57,885 bases of DNA from Nitrospinota bacterium (lineage in GTDB: Bacteria > Nitrospinota > Nitrospinia > Nitrospinales > VA-1): contig JAYNIA010000010.1 in assembly GCA_038108555.1 (NCBI GenBank), forward strand, positions 1 through 57,885, read 5' to 3'. A program made the translations under genes and the position numbers. Below, one piece after another: positions 9,278 through 19,968 of this stretch; positions within the stretch are counted from its first letter, which is position 1, and every line of letters starts with the position of its first letter. A model generated the notes under the pieces. It was not told the origin of the DNA. It worked only from the letters and a program-made list of their open reading frames with translations, and ran no database searches.

Positions 9278-10336
9278 CTATTTTTCTGAAAATTCTGGAC
9301 AAAGTTTTTTAATGCTATCAATTACATCCTGAGTAGTGATGAGTTCCTTGCACTCAGGTTTTCCATCCCAGCATACTTGCTTCATTGTTTTGGAGTTGCA
9401 TGGCCAACAATCTATAGCTTTATGAAGTACGGAACTGTTTTCACCGAGTGGTTTCCAAATTCTATGATCTGTTAATCCAAACAAAGCCACTACTGGTATT
9501 CCGATGGCAGAAGTAGCATGCATATAGCCTCCATTATGACATACTACAAATTTTGCGGAAGCAGTGATTCCAAGCAATATCGATAATTCTGTAGATACAA
9601 ATGTGTGCGGAACATCTTTGGGCAGGCATTGAATTAATTTTTCTGCCTGGTCAAACTGTCCGGGGCCGCAGGTCAGGATAATTCCTAGATTTAAGTTCTT
9701 GTAAAAATATTCTGCAATTTCTGCGAACTTTTCATATTGCCACTGATCGTATTTTCGGGCGCCAGGGTGGATAATGCAATATGGTTTGTCGGGATCAAAG
9801 TTTTTTGAAGCTAATAGATCTTTTCCTTTTTTTCGCCAGGCATCGCTAACGTGGATGATGGGCTGGGAGTTTTCAAAAGGAATCCCCATTTTTTTTATCA
9901 ATGCCACCTGATAATCGACAGGAAGGGAGGGTTTTAAATCGGAAAAATTAATCTTGGTATTGTAGAGAAAAGACCGTTTCGCAAATACGTTGCCAACCTT
10001 AAATCGGGCCCGGGAAAGAAAACACATAACAGCTCCTCGTGTGCCTTCATGCATATCAATGGCGACATCGTATCGGCTAAAAATAAGGTTCAAATAGAAT
10101 TTTGCCTGTTTGAGAAAAGAAGTTTTTTCGAAACAGAGTACTTCATCAACATTCGGATGATTCTTAACGATATCGTAAGACGGTGACTCCACCAGTACCG
10201 TCAATTTCGCTTTGGGAAGATGTTTTTTGATGGGGCTATATACAGCGGTGTTATAGACGACATCGCCAATAGATCTAAGCTTGATTAAAAGTATTTTTGC
10301 ATCAGGCTTGATATTATTTTTAAGAAGGAATTCCAA
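9278..10336 (-). CDS. Glycosyltransferase family 9 (LPS heptosyltransferase-like)
   Basis: KLRSIGDVV, IIHPGA, HNGGYMH (DSG.MH variant), LFGLT, and C-terminal CWPC...C...C. Confidence 0.88.
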   Translation of the reverse strand: MEFLLKNNIKPDAKILLIKLRSIGDVVYNTAVYSPIKKHLPKAKLTVLVESPSYDIVKNHPNVDEVLCFEKTSFLKQAKFYLNLIFSRYDVAIDMHEGTRGAVMCFLSRARFKVGNVFAKRSFLYNTKINFSDLKPSLPVDYQVALIKKMGIPFENSQPIIHVSDAWRKKGKDLLASKNFDPDKPYCIIHPGARKYDQWQYEKFAEIAEYFYKNLNLGIILTCGPGQFDQAEKLIQCLPKDVPHTFVSTELSILLGITASAKFVVCHNGGYMHATSAIGIPVVALFGLTDHRIWKPLGENSSVLHKAIDCWPCNSKTMKQVCWDGKPECKELITTQDVIDSIKKLCPEFSEK

Positions 10337-10351
10337 AATATATTCTCTAGA

Positions 10352-11488
10352 TCAATTTTGAGTAGAAACCAGTTTTTTGATTTGTAAGCCAAGTTCTCTT
10401 TCTATATTTTTTAAATCATAATTTTCCTGGCAACGTTTCCTTGCATTCTTCCCTTTTTCTTTTGCTACTTCGGGATTTGCAAATATCTGTTCAATGGTTT
10501 TTGCAAGTTGATCGGGATTCCCTGGTTCGATGAAATACCCGTGATCTCCTACCACTTCCGGAATGTCGGAAATAGGAGTTGTGATGATGGGTTTGGCCAT
10601 TGCCATTGCATCAAAAAGCTTTGCGGGTATCTGACCCAAGGTATCGGTGGTGTCTCTTTGTGGAATGACAAGAATATCAGCAGCGGAAAGATGATCGGGT
10701 AATTCTTTAAATGGAATTTTTGGAAATACCACAACTTGTTCTTTATTTTTTTTCATATTATTTATTGAAGATTGTACAGAACTATCTGCTCCGATTAAAA
10801 CCAAACGAATATCCGGGTCATTGATTTTTTCCATTGCCAAAAATAATTCTGCTGTGCCTTTATGAGGTCTCGGGGTACCCAAAAACATAACCACCCGTTT
10901 TCCCGTCAGGCCCAGTTTTTCCTTTATGCTATTGGCATTAAATTTATACGGGTCAAGGACGGTTGTATCGCGGCAATGGTATACCAAAGACCCGGAAAAT
11001 TTATTTTGCAGAAACCTATTGCTGACTATGATGGAATCGGCAAAGCCCGTCAGCCTTTCCATAAGCCAGGTATATGGAAGCCCATTGGGATTAGACAAAT
11101 TTAGAAACCGTCCGACCTTTCCCCAAAACCCTGAATGATAGAAAAATCCCAACTCCCAGTCATCAATGTCCAGGATAATGGGAATTTTAGAAGCCCACTT
11201 TTTAATCAGGGAGATTCCATAGCTCGTGGGTCGAAGTTTGCAGGCGATCATTATATCAGCATCAATTTCTTTGACCATTTTTCGAATCGTGGAAATGAAA
11301 AACGGATATCTATTCCAGGGGTAGCAGCGAATTGGAATATCCAGGTCTTTCATGGGAAACCAGACATCACCGGACCTGGAAGGACCCATTATTTCTACCT
11401 CATGTTTTGGATTAAGTGCCATGGCAAGTAGACCTGCCCTGCCTAACGAATTATTGGAAAGATCAAAACATAGAATGCAAATTTTCAC
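10352..11488 (-). CDS. Glycosyltransferase family 4
   Basis: FLGTPRPHKG and PAKLFDAMAMAKPII GT-B signature. Confidence 0.88.
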   Translation of the reverse strand: MKICILCFDLSNNSLGRAGLLAMALNPKHEVEIMGPSRSGDVWFPMKDLDIPIRCYPWNRYPFFISTIRKMVKEIDADIMIACKLRPTSYGISLIKKWASKIPIILDIDDWELGFFYHSGFWGKVGRFLNLSNPNGLPYTWLMERLTGFADSIIVSNRFLQNKFSGSLVYHCRDTTVLDPYKFNANSIKEKLGLTGKRVVMFLGTPRPHKGTAELFLAMEKINDPDIRLVLIGADSSVQSSINNMKKNKEQVVVFPKIPFKELPDHLSAADILVIPQRDTTDTLGQIPAKLFDAMAMAKPIITTPISDIPEVVGDHGYFIEPGNPDQLAKTIEQIFANPEVAKEKGKNARKRCQENYDLKNIERELGLQIKKLVSTQN

Positions 11489-11494
11489 AGCTTT

Positions 11495-13882
11495 TTATGT
11501 GCCCTGATTTATTTCAAGTTTTTTGGAAGAAATATTAAGCCTTTCAATATTTGTTTTCAACGGCCAACCGGGTGTTGGATTCAGGCTGATTTTGGCGTTT
11601 GTAATCCGCCGAATGAAAAGTGTCGGAATATCCAGAGGCCCTAATTTAATATATTCAAAATCCGGCTGGATGGTCTTTCCAGGGTCCACTAATAGGTTGA
11701 TCTTGGTCTCAGCTTCCAAGGTATTTCCAGGGGATACCAAGTATTTTGCATGTAAGGTAATGGAATCTTTTGACCCCTTGACCTGCACTTCCCCTTTGCC
11801 TTTCATGGCCTTGGTTGCTGATTGTTCAAGATCTTCAAAATGAATGGTCCCGCGTGGGGTCAGCCTTTCTAAATTAAAAAGAATAAATTTCCCATTCAAA
11901 AGGAGGTCGTAAATATTTATTTGAACATCCTCGAAAAGTAATTCGAAATCTTCAATTTTTATTTTGTTGGTAACAGCCGAATCCGCTTTAATTCTGATTG
12001 ATTTATACCGACCATAATACAAATCTTGTGGGTTATCGGTAGGAATGATTGTGACAGTAACATTAACTCCATTTTTAATTCCGTAAATTGGATAATTTGA
12101 GAAAGCCTCAATGAGCCGCTCTCCAATAAATTCCAGATTGGTAACCTCGGGAAGTTCCTTTGCGGGTTCCATATCAAATTTATAAAGAAGACCTTTGGTT
12201 CCATCTGGAAGGGGATACGCTCGAAATAATTTGAAAGTTTTTGTTAGGGCGGGATCATTTAGTAGAATATTTCTTGATTTGATTGCATTGGCAGATTGTC
12301 TGCTGAAATCTCCAGATTTGGTGATAAAAAAATCTGTCATTTCACCAACGTTTCTTTTGACTCCTTTCATTGAAATTGGCAAACCCCTAAAAGCGGCGAA
12401 ATCTCTAAAAGCTCCTCGTTGGAAATAAGCAAAGTTGGTCAGCGTCCGAACCGAAAGGAATTTACCTTTTTCCGGTTGTTTTTCCTCCAAAATATCATCA
12501 AGGATTAAATTGATAGGCCAGGATTGGGTGATGGGTATATTCCCTTTTCCTAAATAGGGTAAAAAAGAAGGTCCTGGAATAAATCCTGTAAAAATAATTG
12601 TTATAAGAGCCGCAACTCCGGTAATAGAAAATAGGAGCTTTCTCAATAATAAACTTTTCACCTGGCAAAGGACCACTGCGGTTATTATTGCCATGGCAGG
12701 AAGGCCTGGCATGGTGTATCTCATTCCCTTATTATTGACAAATGTAAACACAATAATGGGTAACACGGCCCAAGCCAATACCGTCCAATTGAATGTGTCT
12801 TTTTTGAAAATATATATGAGGAAAGAAATGAAAAATATGATCAGCAGAGGATTTCCCATTTGCCGACTAACGGCCTCAAGGTAATATCCCCATATAGGTA
12901 AATTCCAACTCATTCCCCCTTTTAGAACAGAACTCGGAAAAGCGAATTTTGACATACCAACTATAATATTGATCAGGTTATGGGAATACCATGGAAAGCA
13001 AATCAAAACAGATATGCATGAAAGTAAAACCAGGTTAATTGTTTTTTGTGGAGAAAGTGAAGCTTTGGGAAAACTTTTTATCAATAACCCAATTAAGAGA
13101 AACTCCAAGACCAAAAAAATCCACCTTGGGTTGCCAAGAATGAAAATGATAAAGGGAATAATCAATAGGGCCGCAATCATTCCAAAATAATAGGCAACCT
13201 GGATGATTCGATCTTTAAAACTTATTTTAATTCCCCGCAGGCCTGCGAGAACAGCGGGAAAGGTATAAATGAAGAAGGTCCATTTGACCATCAACCCTGA
13301 AGCATAGACGAAAGTAAACAGTAGTGAATATTTTTTGTTTTCGAAATTATCTGTTTTCAAAAAAAGGTAATAGGCGAGGGCGGTGATAGCTGTAAGCATG
13401 ACGCTGATAATGTATTCCCTGGACATGCTGACTATCAGTGGATAACAGGAAACAAGTAAGGCCGAAATCAAACCCACTTTTCTGGAATATAGAATCTTTC
13501 CTATTCCATAGGTGGATAAAACCAAAATGACCATATAAAAAGAGTTCCCTATAACTCCGGTATCCAGGTTAAATCCAAATATTAAGGAAAAAGGAATTAA
13601 GCTTAAATGATAAAGAGGGGGATAGAAGGGTTCTACATTCAGAACATCCTGCCACCATCCTTCTTTACCTGAGGTAAAGGCCTCCCAATAATTATATGTT
13701 CTGAAAAGATGCAGGCCTTGATCATAGGATGGAGGGCGAGTGTCCAAAAGCATCCATATAAAGTTCCCGCCAAAAATCCATAATATGATTGCTGTTAGAA
13801 AAAAATGGTGTGAGGAAATCCCGTTTTGGGATGGGTCTTCTATTTTATTTTTGTATTGCTGGTTTTGATCGGGACTGGACAA
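11495..13882 (-). CDS. ArnT/PMT-type (GT-C) membrane glycosyltransferase with a large C-terminal soluble extension
   Basis: PPSYDQ.H, YPPLY, multiple TM helices, KWTF and RY.MP motifs, then a ~330 aa hydrophilic C-terminus. Confidence 0.8.
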   Translation of the reverse strand: MSSPDQNQQYKNKIEDPSQNGISSHHFFLTAIILWIFGGNFIWMLLDTRPPSYDQGLHLFRTYNYWEAFTSGKEGWWQDVLNVEPFYPPLYHLSLIPFSLIFGFNLDTGVIGNSFYMVILVLSTYGIGKILYSRKVGLISALLVSCYPLIVSMSREYIISVMLTAITALAYYLFLKTDNFENKKYSLLFTFVYASGLMVKWTFFIYTFPAVLAGLRGIKISFKDRIIQVAYYFGMIAALLIIPFIIFILGNPRWIFLVLEFLLIGLLIKSFPKASLSPQKTINLVLLSCISVLICFPWYSHNLINIIVGMSKFAFPSSVLKGGMSWNLPIWGYYLEAVSRQMGNPLLIIFFISFLIYIFKKDTFNWTVLAWAVLPIIVFTFVNNKGMRYTMPGLPAMAIITAVVLCQVKSLLLRKLLFSITGVAALITIIFTGFIPGPSFLPYLGKGNIPITQSWPINLILDDILEEKQPEKGKFLSVRTLTNFAYFQRGAFRDFAAFRGLPISMKGVKRNVGEMTDFFITKSGDFSRQSANAIKSRNILLNDPALTKTFKLFRAYPLPDGTKGLLYKFDMEPAKELPEVTNLEFIGERLIEAFSNYPIYGIKNGVNVTVTIIPTDNPQDLYYGRYKSIRIKADSAVTNKIKIEDFELLFEDVQINIYDLLLNGKFILFNLERLTPRGTIHFEDLEQSATKAMKGKGEVQVKGSKDSITLHAKYLVSPGNTLEAETKINLLVDPGKTIQPDFEYIKLGPLDIPTLFIRRITNAKISLNPTPGWPLKTNIERLNISSKKLEINQGT

Positions 13883-14045
13883 CTTGTATCTCGGCTAAAA
13901 ATTATTTTGGGTGATTTGGACTAGAGTTATTGCAGATCTAAAAAATCAAAGTTTAAACGGTATTAAGTGTATAATATTTATTGGTTTAACTGCATTTTAT
14001 ATCAAGATAAAGCTTATTTGTTTTTATTTTAATTAATCCCTGCCA

Positions 14046-15806
14046 ATGCCAAGCCTCCCTACCTTTTCATCCAATAAATCGAGTGAGAATTTAATCGTTT
14101 CCATATGGATGATTTTTTGTTTTTTGACCCTGATATATAAGCTTGGCGAAATCCCTCCCTATCATGCGGATGAAAACTTTTACGTTGAATCGTCTTTGCG
14201 GATGGTGGAATCAGGCGATTATATAACTCCTGTCTACCATGAGAAAAAGCGTTTTGCAAAACCCATTTTGTATTACTGGATGGTTGTGTCGTCCTATAAA
14301 GTTTTTGGGGTAAGTCTAGCTTCTGCCCGCTTGCCCTCGGTGGTATTTGGAACACTAAGCATTGGCCTCGTTTTCCTGTTGGGGTGTAGATTGTTCGATA
14401 GCAGGGTGGGTTTGTTCGCCGCTTTTATTCTGCCTTCAATATATCTTCATTTCCAGATTGCAAGATGGGCCACTACGGACATGGCGTTGGGTTTCTTTAT
14501 TCTCCTTTCCTTTTATTATTTTACCCTTCTGTTCAAATCTAGTTTTCAAAGCAACACCTATGCCTGCCTTTTTTATATAGCTATGGGATTGGGTTTTATG
14601 GTGAAAGGTCCTCCAGCCATTCTCATCCCCGGATTGACAATTATAGGATTTTTAATAGCAACTAAACAAAGGAGTTTGTTTGCGGAACTGCATCTGGGAA
14701 AAGGTTTTTTAATCCTTTTGATTATTATTTTGCCCTGGTTTTCAGCCATGTTGCTAATGCATGGGGAAGAGTTTAAAAACCATATTGTAGGTAACGAAAT
14801 AAAAAACCGGTTGGTTCATGATATTCCATTCAGCTTTTACTATTTTGTTGTTCTTCTTCGTTACCAACTTCCCTGGTCCATTTTTTTTCTCTGTTCGTTC
14901 TTAACCCAGCTCGGTTTTTTTTCCTATACACGGAAAAATGGGATGACACTGGCTGAACAGGTTAAGGAATTTGGAAAAAATGTAGGAAAGAATATAAAGC
15001 AGTTATTTGAGGAGGTCAATCAGCCTATTGCATTTTGTTATTTATGGATTCTGGTTTGTTTAATTTTGTTTACCCTGCTCAGGATAGAGCATAGTCGATA
15101 TATGCTCCCCGGTTGCCCCCCACTGGCATTAATAGTTGCTCGGATGTTTGTAGAAGTGGAAAAAAACTCCGGACAACAAAAGATATTTGGATTTAATTTC
15201 TCAAGAATAACTTCCGCTTCATTATTTTTAATATTTTCAGTTCTTGCCAGCATCGGAATCTTTTTGATGGGTGCGGTTTCAATCCTGAGCTTCCTTCTTC
15301 CAGCGGTGGGAATTTTTGCAGTAGTTTCCCTGGTTTTAAATGCCAGAGTGGAATCCATTCAAAAGATGGTTGTTTCAATGGCAATAGCGTTGGTCCTGAT
15401 CTTTGCATCCATAAGTGGGGATGTGCTTCCTTTTTCAAATAAATATCCTATGAAAAAATTTGCCAACAAGCTAAATGAGGAAAAGTTTAAGGGGCCCATC
15501 GCGGTTTACCAGTTGGGAAGCCATCGTGCGCGTTTGGGTATTTTGACAGGTAGAATGGTCACAATGGTGAATTCACCTGAAGAAGTTGAGACCCTGGCGG
15601 AATCTGGCAGAAGGTTTTATTTGGTTATAAAAGAAACCGAATTTAAAAAACATTTTTCCCAACTCAATTTAAACATAACAAGTGAAGATCAAATCCGTAA
15701 AAAATCCAGGACAAAATTAATATCTTTTTCAGATTTATTGGATGTAAAAAAGATGAGGGAAAAAATAAATCTGACTGAAACCGTCTATTTCGTGAGTAAT
15801 AATTAA
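14046..15806 (+). CDS. ArnT-family glycosyltransferase
   Basis: ADE..Y..S..M.ESGDY.TP, KPIL.YW, ARLPS, KGP and RYMLP motifs; multi-TM. Confidence 0.88.
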   Translation: MPSLPTFSSNKSSENLIVSIWMIFCFLTLIYKLGEIPPYHADENFYVESSLRMVESGDYITPVYHEKKRFAKPILYYWMVVSSYKVFGVSLASARLPSVVFGTLSIGLVFLLGCRLFDSRVGLFAAFILPSIYLHFQIARWATTDMALGFFILLSFYYFTLLFKSSFQSNTYACLFYIAMGLGFMVKGPPAILIPGLTIIGFLIATKQRSLFAELHLGKGFLILLIIILPWFSAMLLMHGEEFKNHIVGNEIKNRLVHDIPFSFYYFVVLLRYQLPWSIFFLCSFLTQLGFFSYTRKNGMTLAEQVKEFGKNVGKNIKQLFEEVNQPIAFCYLWILVCLILFTLLRIEHSRYMLPGCPPLALIVARMFVEVEKNSGQQKIFGFNFSRITSASLFLIFSVLASIGIFLMGAVSILSFLLPAVGIFAVVSLVLNARVESIQKMVVSMAIALVLIFASISGDVLPFSNKYPMKKFANKLNEEKFKGPIAVYQLGSHRARLGILTGRMVTMVNSPEEVETLAESGRRFYLVIKETEFKKHFSQLNLNITSEDQIRKKSRTKLISFSDLLDVKKMREKINLTETVYFVSNN

Positions 15807-15810
15807 AGGA

Positions 15811-17286
15811 TTACTTAACGTTGGGTAACTTCCTTCCGGATAAATCGTAAAGCACAGAATCCCTGTTTTGCGAGGAAGTAAAAAATGCATATTTGGAATT
15901 CGCCTGGATCAAATAGAATTGACCGGGAGCCTGGGAATTTAATTTTTTATATTCATCTGAATTGGACAACCACATTTTTTGAGGATTTTGGGTGGATTGT
16001 TTAATCAGCTCTTCCTTGTTCGAGACTGGGGCTTCCATATCGCGGTCAGAATAAAAAAGTAAAGCGTGTTTAGGGTTCCAATAGGAAAGTTTGTAGTTCC
16101 CCAGCAACTGGTTTTCAGGAACATTGAGATTGATCAGGGTTGCCAAATGGCGAACCTCCTTACTACTTTGGCTTAAGGTTACTTTTGCCTGGAGCGGTGT
16201 AGAGTTCACAAACAACGTGGTTAGGCAAGCCACTCCTGCCAGTCCTGCAAGAACTTTTTCCTTCCATACAGGGCTTAACCAATCTGCAAACGTTTTGGCG
16301 ACAATGATTGACAACGCCGGAAAAATCATTATTGCGTATCGGATCGTGTGGTTTTTGCTCGTGCTCAACACAAGAAACACCAAAGTAGGCCAGACAAAAA
16401 GTAACAAGGAATCCTGATCCTTATCTTTAAATCCACGCTTTGCATACTTGAACAATCCAAACAACGCAAAGGGTAACCAGGGCCAATAATTTCTTAAAAA
16501 ATCCTCCGCATATCCAAACATCTTATATTGATGGACATTTTCTCCAAAACCGCGGTTGAAAATCATAACGCCAAAATGGGATTCCAGAAAAGTCTCACCA
16601 AATTCCATCCAATTAATAATATGCCAACTGAACCCGAGGCCCAATCCCAACAGGGTTCCAGCGATTAATAAAGGATGGAACATTTCCCTCCATTGGCGAC
16701 TGAAGAATAAAAAAGAAAATATAATTGCGATGGAAAATATTCCGAGAACACTTTTGGAAAGAATTCCTCCCGCTGTCGCCAAACCAAAAACCAAATACCA
16801 GGTTTTATTTTCCCTGGCTTTCAAGAACGCAAATATAGACAAGGTCACAAAGAAGGCGAGGGGTACGTCGACCATTGCTCTGCGTGAGGAATCGATGAAG
16901 ATTCCAGGGAAAATTAATACGAGAGAAGAAACAAATGCAATCCAGGAATCTTTATAAAAATAATCAGCCAGCCGGTACGTCAGCAGAACAACACCCGTTC
17001 CAAACAGGGCCGAGAAAAAAACAGCGGAATAACTGGAAATTCCGAATAGGCAGTAAGCCAGAGCCATCAACCAGAAGGGAAGAGGGGTATTTTCAAATAC
17101 AGGTTGACCACCCAGGGTGATGACCCAAAGGTTGCCGGATTGATAAATTTCTTTTGCCTTCTGGGCATAATAAGCGTCATCGAAGTTGGTGATTCCCGTG
17201 TCTAATTGCCTTCCCAGCATGATCAGGAGGGAAATAAACACAAGAAAATATATTTGAAAAGTCTTATGCTTTAGTATCGAATCCAA
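15811..17286 (-). CDS. ArnT-family glycosyltransferase
   Basis: DDAYYAQKA, FENTPLPFWL, SKS..G and RY..I.P motifs; multi-TM. Confidence 0.87.
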   Translation of the reverse strand: MDSILKHKTFQIYFLVFISLLIMLGRQLDTGITNFDDAYYAQKAKEIYQSGNLWVITLGGQPVFENTPLPFWLMALAYCLFGISSYSAVFFSALFGTGVVLLTYRLADYFYKDSWIAFVSSLVLIFPGIFIDSSRRAMVDVPLAFFVTLSIFAFLKARENKTWYLVFGLATAGGILSKSVLGIFSIAIIFSFLFFSRQWREMFHPLLIAGTLLGLGLGFSWHIINWMEFGETFLESHFGVMIFNRGFGENVHQYKMFGYAEDFLRNYWPWLPFALFGLFKYAKRGFKDKDQDSLLLFVWPTLVFLVLSTSKNHTIRYAIMIFPALSIIVAKTFADWLSPVWKEKVLAGLAGVACLTTLFVNSTPLQAKVTLSQSSKEVRHLATLINLNVPENQLLGNYKLSYWNPKHALLFYSDRDMEAPVSNKEELIKQSTQNPQKMWLSNSDEYKKLNSQAPGQFYLIQANSKYAFFTSSQNRDSVLYDLSGRKLPNVK

Positions 17287-17370
17287 TGTTTAAATTTAAA
17301 GAAGTTATTGATTTGTGGCGATTTTTGAAAAAGAGTTTCTAAAAGTAGAGGAAAGAAAATTACACAGAAA

Positions 17371-17643
17371 TTAAAGATACCGATTTAATTTTATTTTGTC
17401 TTCATCATTTTGGATGGGGCTGTATAAAAAGCCAAATGTTTCAAGTCTCCAGACCAGGACATCCAAACCCTTTAACATGTTAAACCAGTAAAACATAGCT
17501 TGGAAAAAGGACTTTCGGTTTAAAGCATTGTTGCAAAAAATAAAATCTCTCAGCTGCTTGCGGGAATGCTGAATGAGCTTGCGGTTTCCACGTTGTTTAA
17601 TTATTTTATAAAGTTCAAAAAGGTTTATGAATTTTTGTAGCAT
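17371..17643 (-). CDS. Hypothetical protein (~90 aa)
   Basis: Fills the intergenic gap with protein-like composition. ATG 17643 is preferred over the longer track start. Confidence 0.55.
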   Translation of the reverse strand: MLQKFINLFELYKIIKQRGNRKLIQHSRKQLRDFIFCNNALNRKSFFQAMFYWFNMLKGLDVLVWRLETFGFLYSPIQNDEDKIKLNRYL

Positions 17644-17846
17644 GGAGGACTGGAGTAATATTGAAAAAAATCGGATTGATTTTCGCTCCCTTATGGGTGC
17701 TTCAATTTTATAACAAGTATAAATTGAAGTAAAGCAAGGGCTTGAACGGTATGTTACTATCACTATTAATTACTTAAGTCGCAAGCCAGCTGGAATATTT
17801 GGGTTGGGTAGAATATAAAACACAAATTCGCAAAAGATTTTAAATT

Positions 17847-19655
17847 ATGAAGCCTGAAGAATTAAGTTTAAAGGCCTGTGAAAAGATAGAAATTGATTCC
17901 CAAATGGTAGCCGAGCATTTAAAAGTTTTGGAAGAGATGGTAGGAATCGATAGCCGAAGCTTTGGGGTCAATGAATTTCCCGGGGACAGGACGGCTCCCA
18001 CAGATATGAAAGAAATTCTGGATTGTGCGGAAAAATACCTCAAACAAATCGGTTTGACGCATGTTTCGGTCAACAACTCTGATAAAAAACACCCGTTCCC
18101 GATCCTTATGGCTGAAACCTTTGTTAATAATGAAAAACCTACGGTTTTATTTTATGCGCATTTGGACAAGCAACCCTATATGGATAATGAAAAATTTGAA
18201 AAATGGGGAGGAATACCCCCCACACAATTGAAATGGAATGAAGACAGGTCGCGTGCTTATGGAAGGGGAGCCGCAGATGACTTGAGCGGAGTGGTTTCCA
18301 TAGGAATGTCTATCGATGCATTACTTCAAACCTTGAAGAATTCTAATGGAAGCGAAGTTTCTGAACTTCCCTGCAATATAAAAGTTGTCCTCGAAACAGA
18401 AGAAGAAAATGGTTCGCATAGCTTGATCGAGCAGATCACTGAAAATAAAAAGTTTTTTTCAAACATTAATTGCGTTGCCATTACTGATGTGGTCAATCCC
18501 GCGCAGGGAATACCGGGATTAACCACTTCATTGCGTGGCATTGTTCAGATGGAAGTCACCGTTGAGAAAAAATCTGGGAACGCACCTGTGGATGAACAAA
18601 CCGCTCTTTTCAATCTCCTGACAAAATTAATTCAGGAAGATCATTCCCTGGCCATTGGTGAAATTTCTGCAACCGATAATCCAGTGACCGAGGACGAGCG
18701 CAAGGGGTATTCGTTGGTCCCCACTTCTGTGGAGGCACTTAGAGAGACTGCCGGAGTTTTGGCTGACACCCGGCTCACCGTTTCCGAAGACATCGCTACT
18801 ATCTTGATCGCGCAATTGCGAACTTCCTTCGTCAATGCCCGCCCGGGACACCGTATATCAGGCAGTGTGATTCTGGGAACCGCAGGTGCCAGATTAAGCT
18901 TTCCCGGTGATTGTGATGTGGAAGCCCTGGCAAATCAGGTTGAAAAGATTTTAAAAGAAAAAAATCCATTCAATTTGAAATTGGGGTTGAATATTGTAAG
19001 TTCATCGCCACCCGCTATCGATCTTATTTTGCAGTCGGCATCGAAGGATCCCCACTCCGGGGTCAATGGAGGCCCTGTTCCCATCCCGGAAATTCAATTG
19101 GCGTGTATGGTTGATCATCTGATTTCAATTGATGGAACTTTGCATCCTGAATTAGAAAAACTCAATCTGCAAAAACCTGTAAAAGTTCAATCCTTATTTG
19201 TGGATCAGGGATTAAAACCTCGTCTGTTTGATGACCCTTCAGCAAAAGCACTTGTCGAGATTCGCTTGGCACCCGGGAATACAGATCAATCTGCCACAGA
19301 AAAATTACGAAACTTTTTATTGAAAAATATTGAGCCTGGGTTTGAATTAAAAATAAATGAAGATAAAGGTGCCTCGCCCTGGATGACGGGAATTTCCCAT
19401 CCTGTTTTTCCTTTAATGCTTGAATCCCTGGAAAAGGGATTTAATCACAAACCCTGCCTGTACGGGTGTGGAGGAACCATACCTTTTGTTGAAAAACTCA
19501 TGCACGCATTGGGTGATGTTCAACCCCTATGTTTGGGAGCCTATGACCCGGATGCCAAGATGCATGAGCCCGGTGAAAGTCTTTCCATGCCCGATTTGCT
19601 GGGTTGCACTCGATCGATTATTCATCTCATTTCCAGGATCAACGAGGTTTATTAA
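17847..19655 (+). CDS. M20-family metallopeptidase (dipeptidase-like)
   Basis: YAHLDKQP, GRGAADD, EEE.GS, DPHSG..GG, GGTIPF and MH.P.E motifs. Confidence 0.88.
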   Translation: MKPEELSLKACEKIEIDSQMVAEHLKVLEEMVGIDSRSFGVNEFPGDRTAPTDMKEILDCAEKYLKQIGLTHVSVNNSDKKHPFPILMAETFVNNEKPTVLFYAHLDKQPYMDNEKFEKWGGIPPTQLKWNEDRSRAYGRGAADDLSGVVSIGMSIDALLQTLKNSNGSEVSELPCNIKVVLETEEENGSHSLIEQITENKKFFSNINCVAITDVVNPAQGIPGLTTSLRGIVQMEVTVEKKSGNAPVDEQTALFNLLTKLIQEDHSLAIGEISATDNPVTEDERKGYSLVPTSVEALRETAGVLADTRLTVSEDIATILIAQLRTSFVNARPGHRISGSVILGTAGARLSFPGDCDVEALANQVEKILKEKNPFNLKLGLNIVSSSPPAIDLILQSASKDPHSGVNGGPVPIPEIQLACMVDHLISIDGTLHPELEKLNLQKPVKVQSLFVDQGLKPRLFDDPSAKALVEIRLAPGNTDQSATEKLRNFLLKNIEPGFELKINEDKGASPWMTGISHPVFPLMLESLEKGFNHKPCLYGCGGTIPFVEKLMHALGDVQPLCLGAYDPDAKMHEPGESLSMPDLLGCTRSIIHLISRINEVY

Positions 19656-19968
19656 CACCCTATTGCCGCGTATACACTAATTGCCGTTGCGTAAAACCCT
19701 GTCAGGTTTTCGACGAGTGAGTTTCCGGCTCCAAATAAGCCATTGAAAATTTTATTGTTATTTTTATCCTTTCAGAATATATTTTTGTAACCTAAAAATA
19801 ATAATTTTGTCACAAAAACTTAATTTCTTTTAATCGGCAATAGGTTTATAATCCCTTTCATGCTGTAAAAAAAGGAGTTTTGGCTATTCCCCCCTTGGTT
19901 CATCCAATTTTGGTTCACAAGTTTTGACTGCCCGGGGAGATGTTCTATTTGTAATAGTTGAGGTTACA

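Noticed and set aside
19659..19844. 10-bp inverted repeat CCTATTGCCG...CGGCAATAGG bounding 186 bp, a possible MITE
   Set aside because: The repeat does not extend, and I saw no target-site duplication, second copy or transposase.
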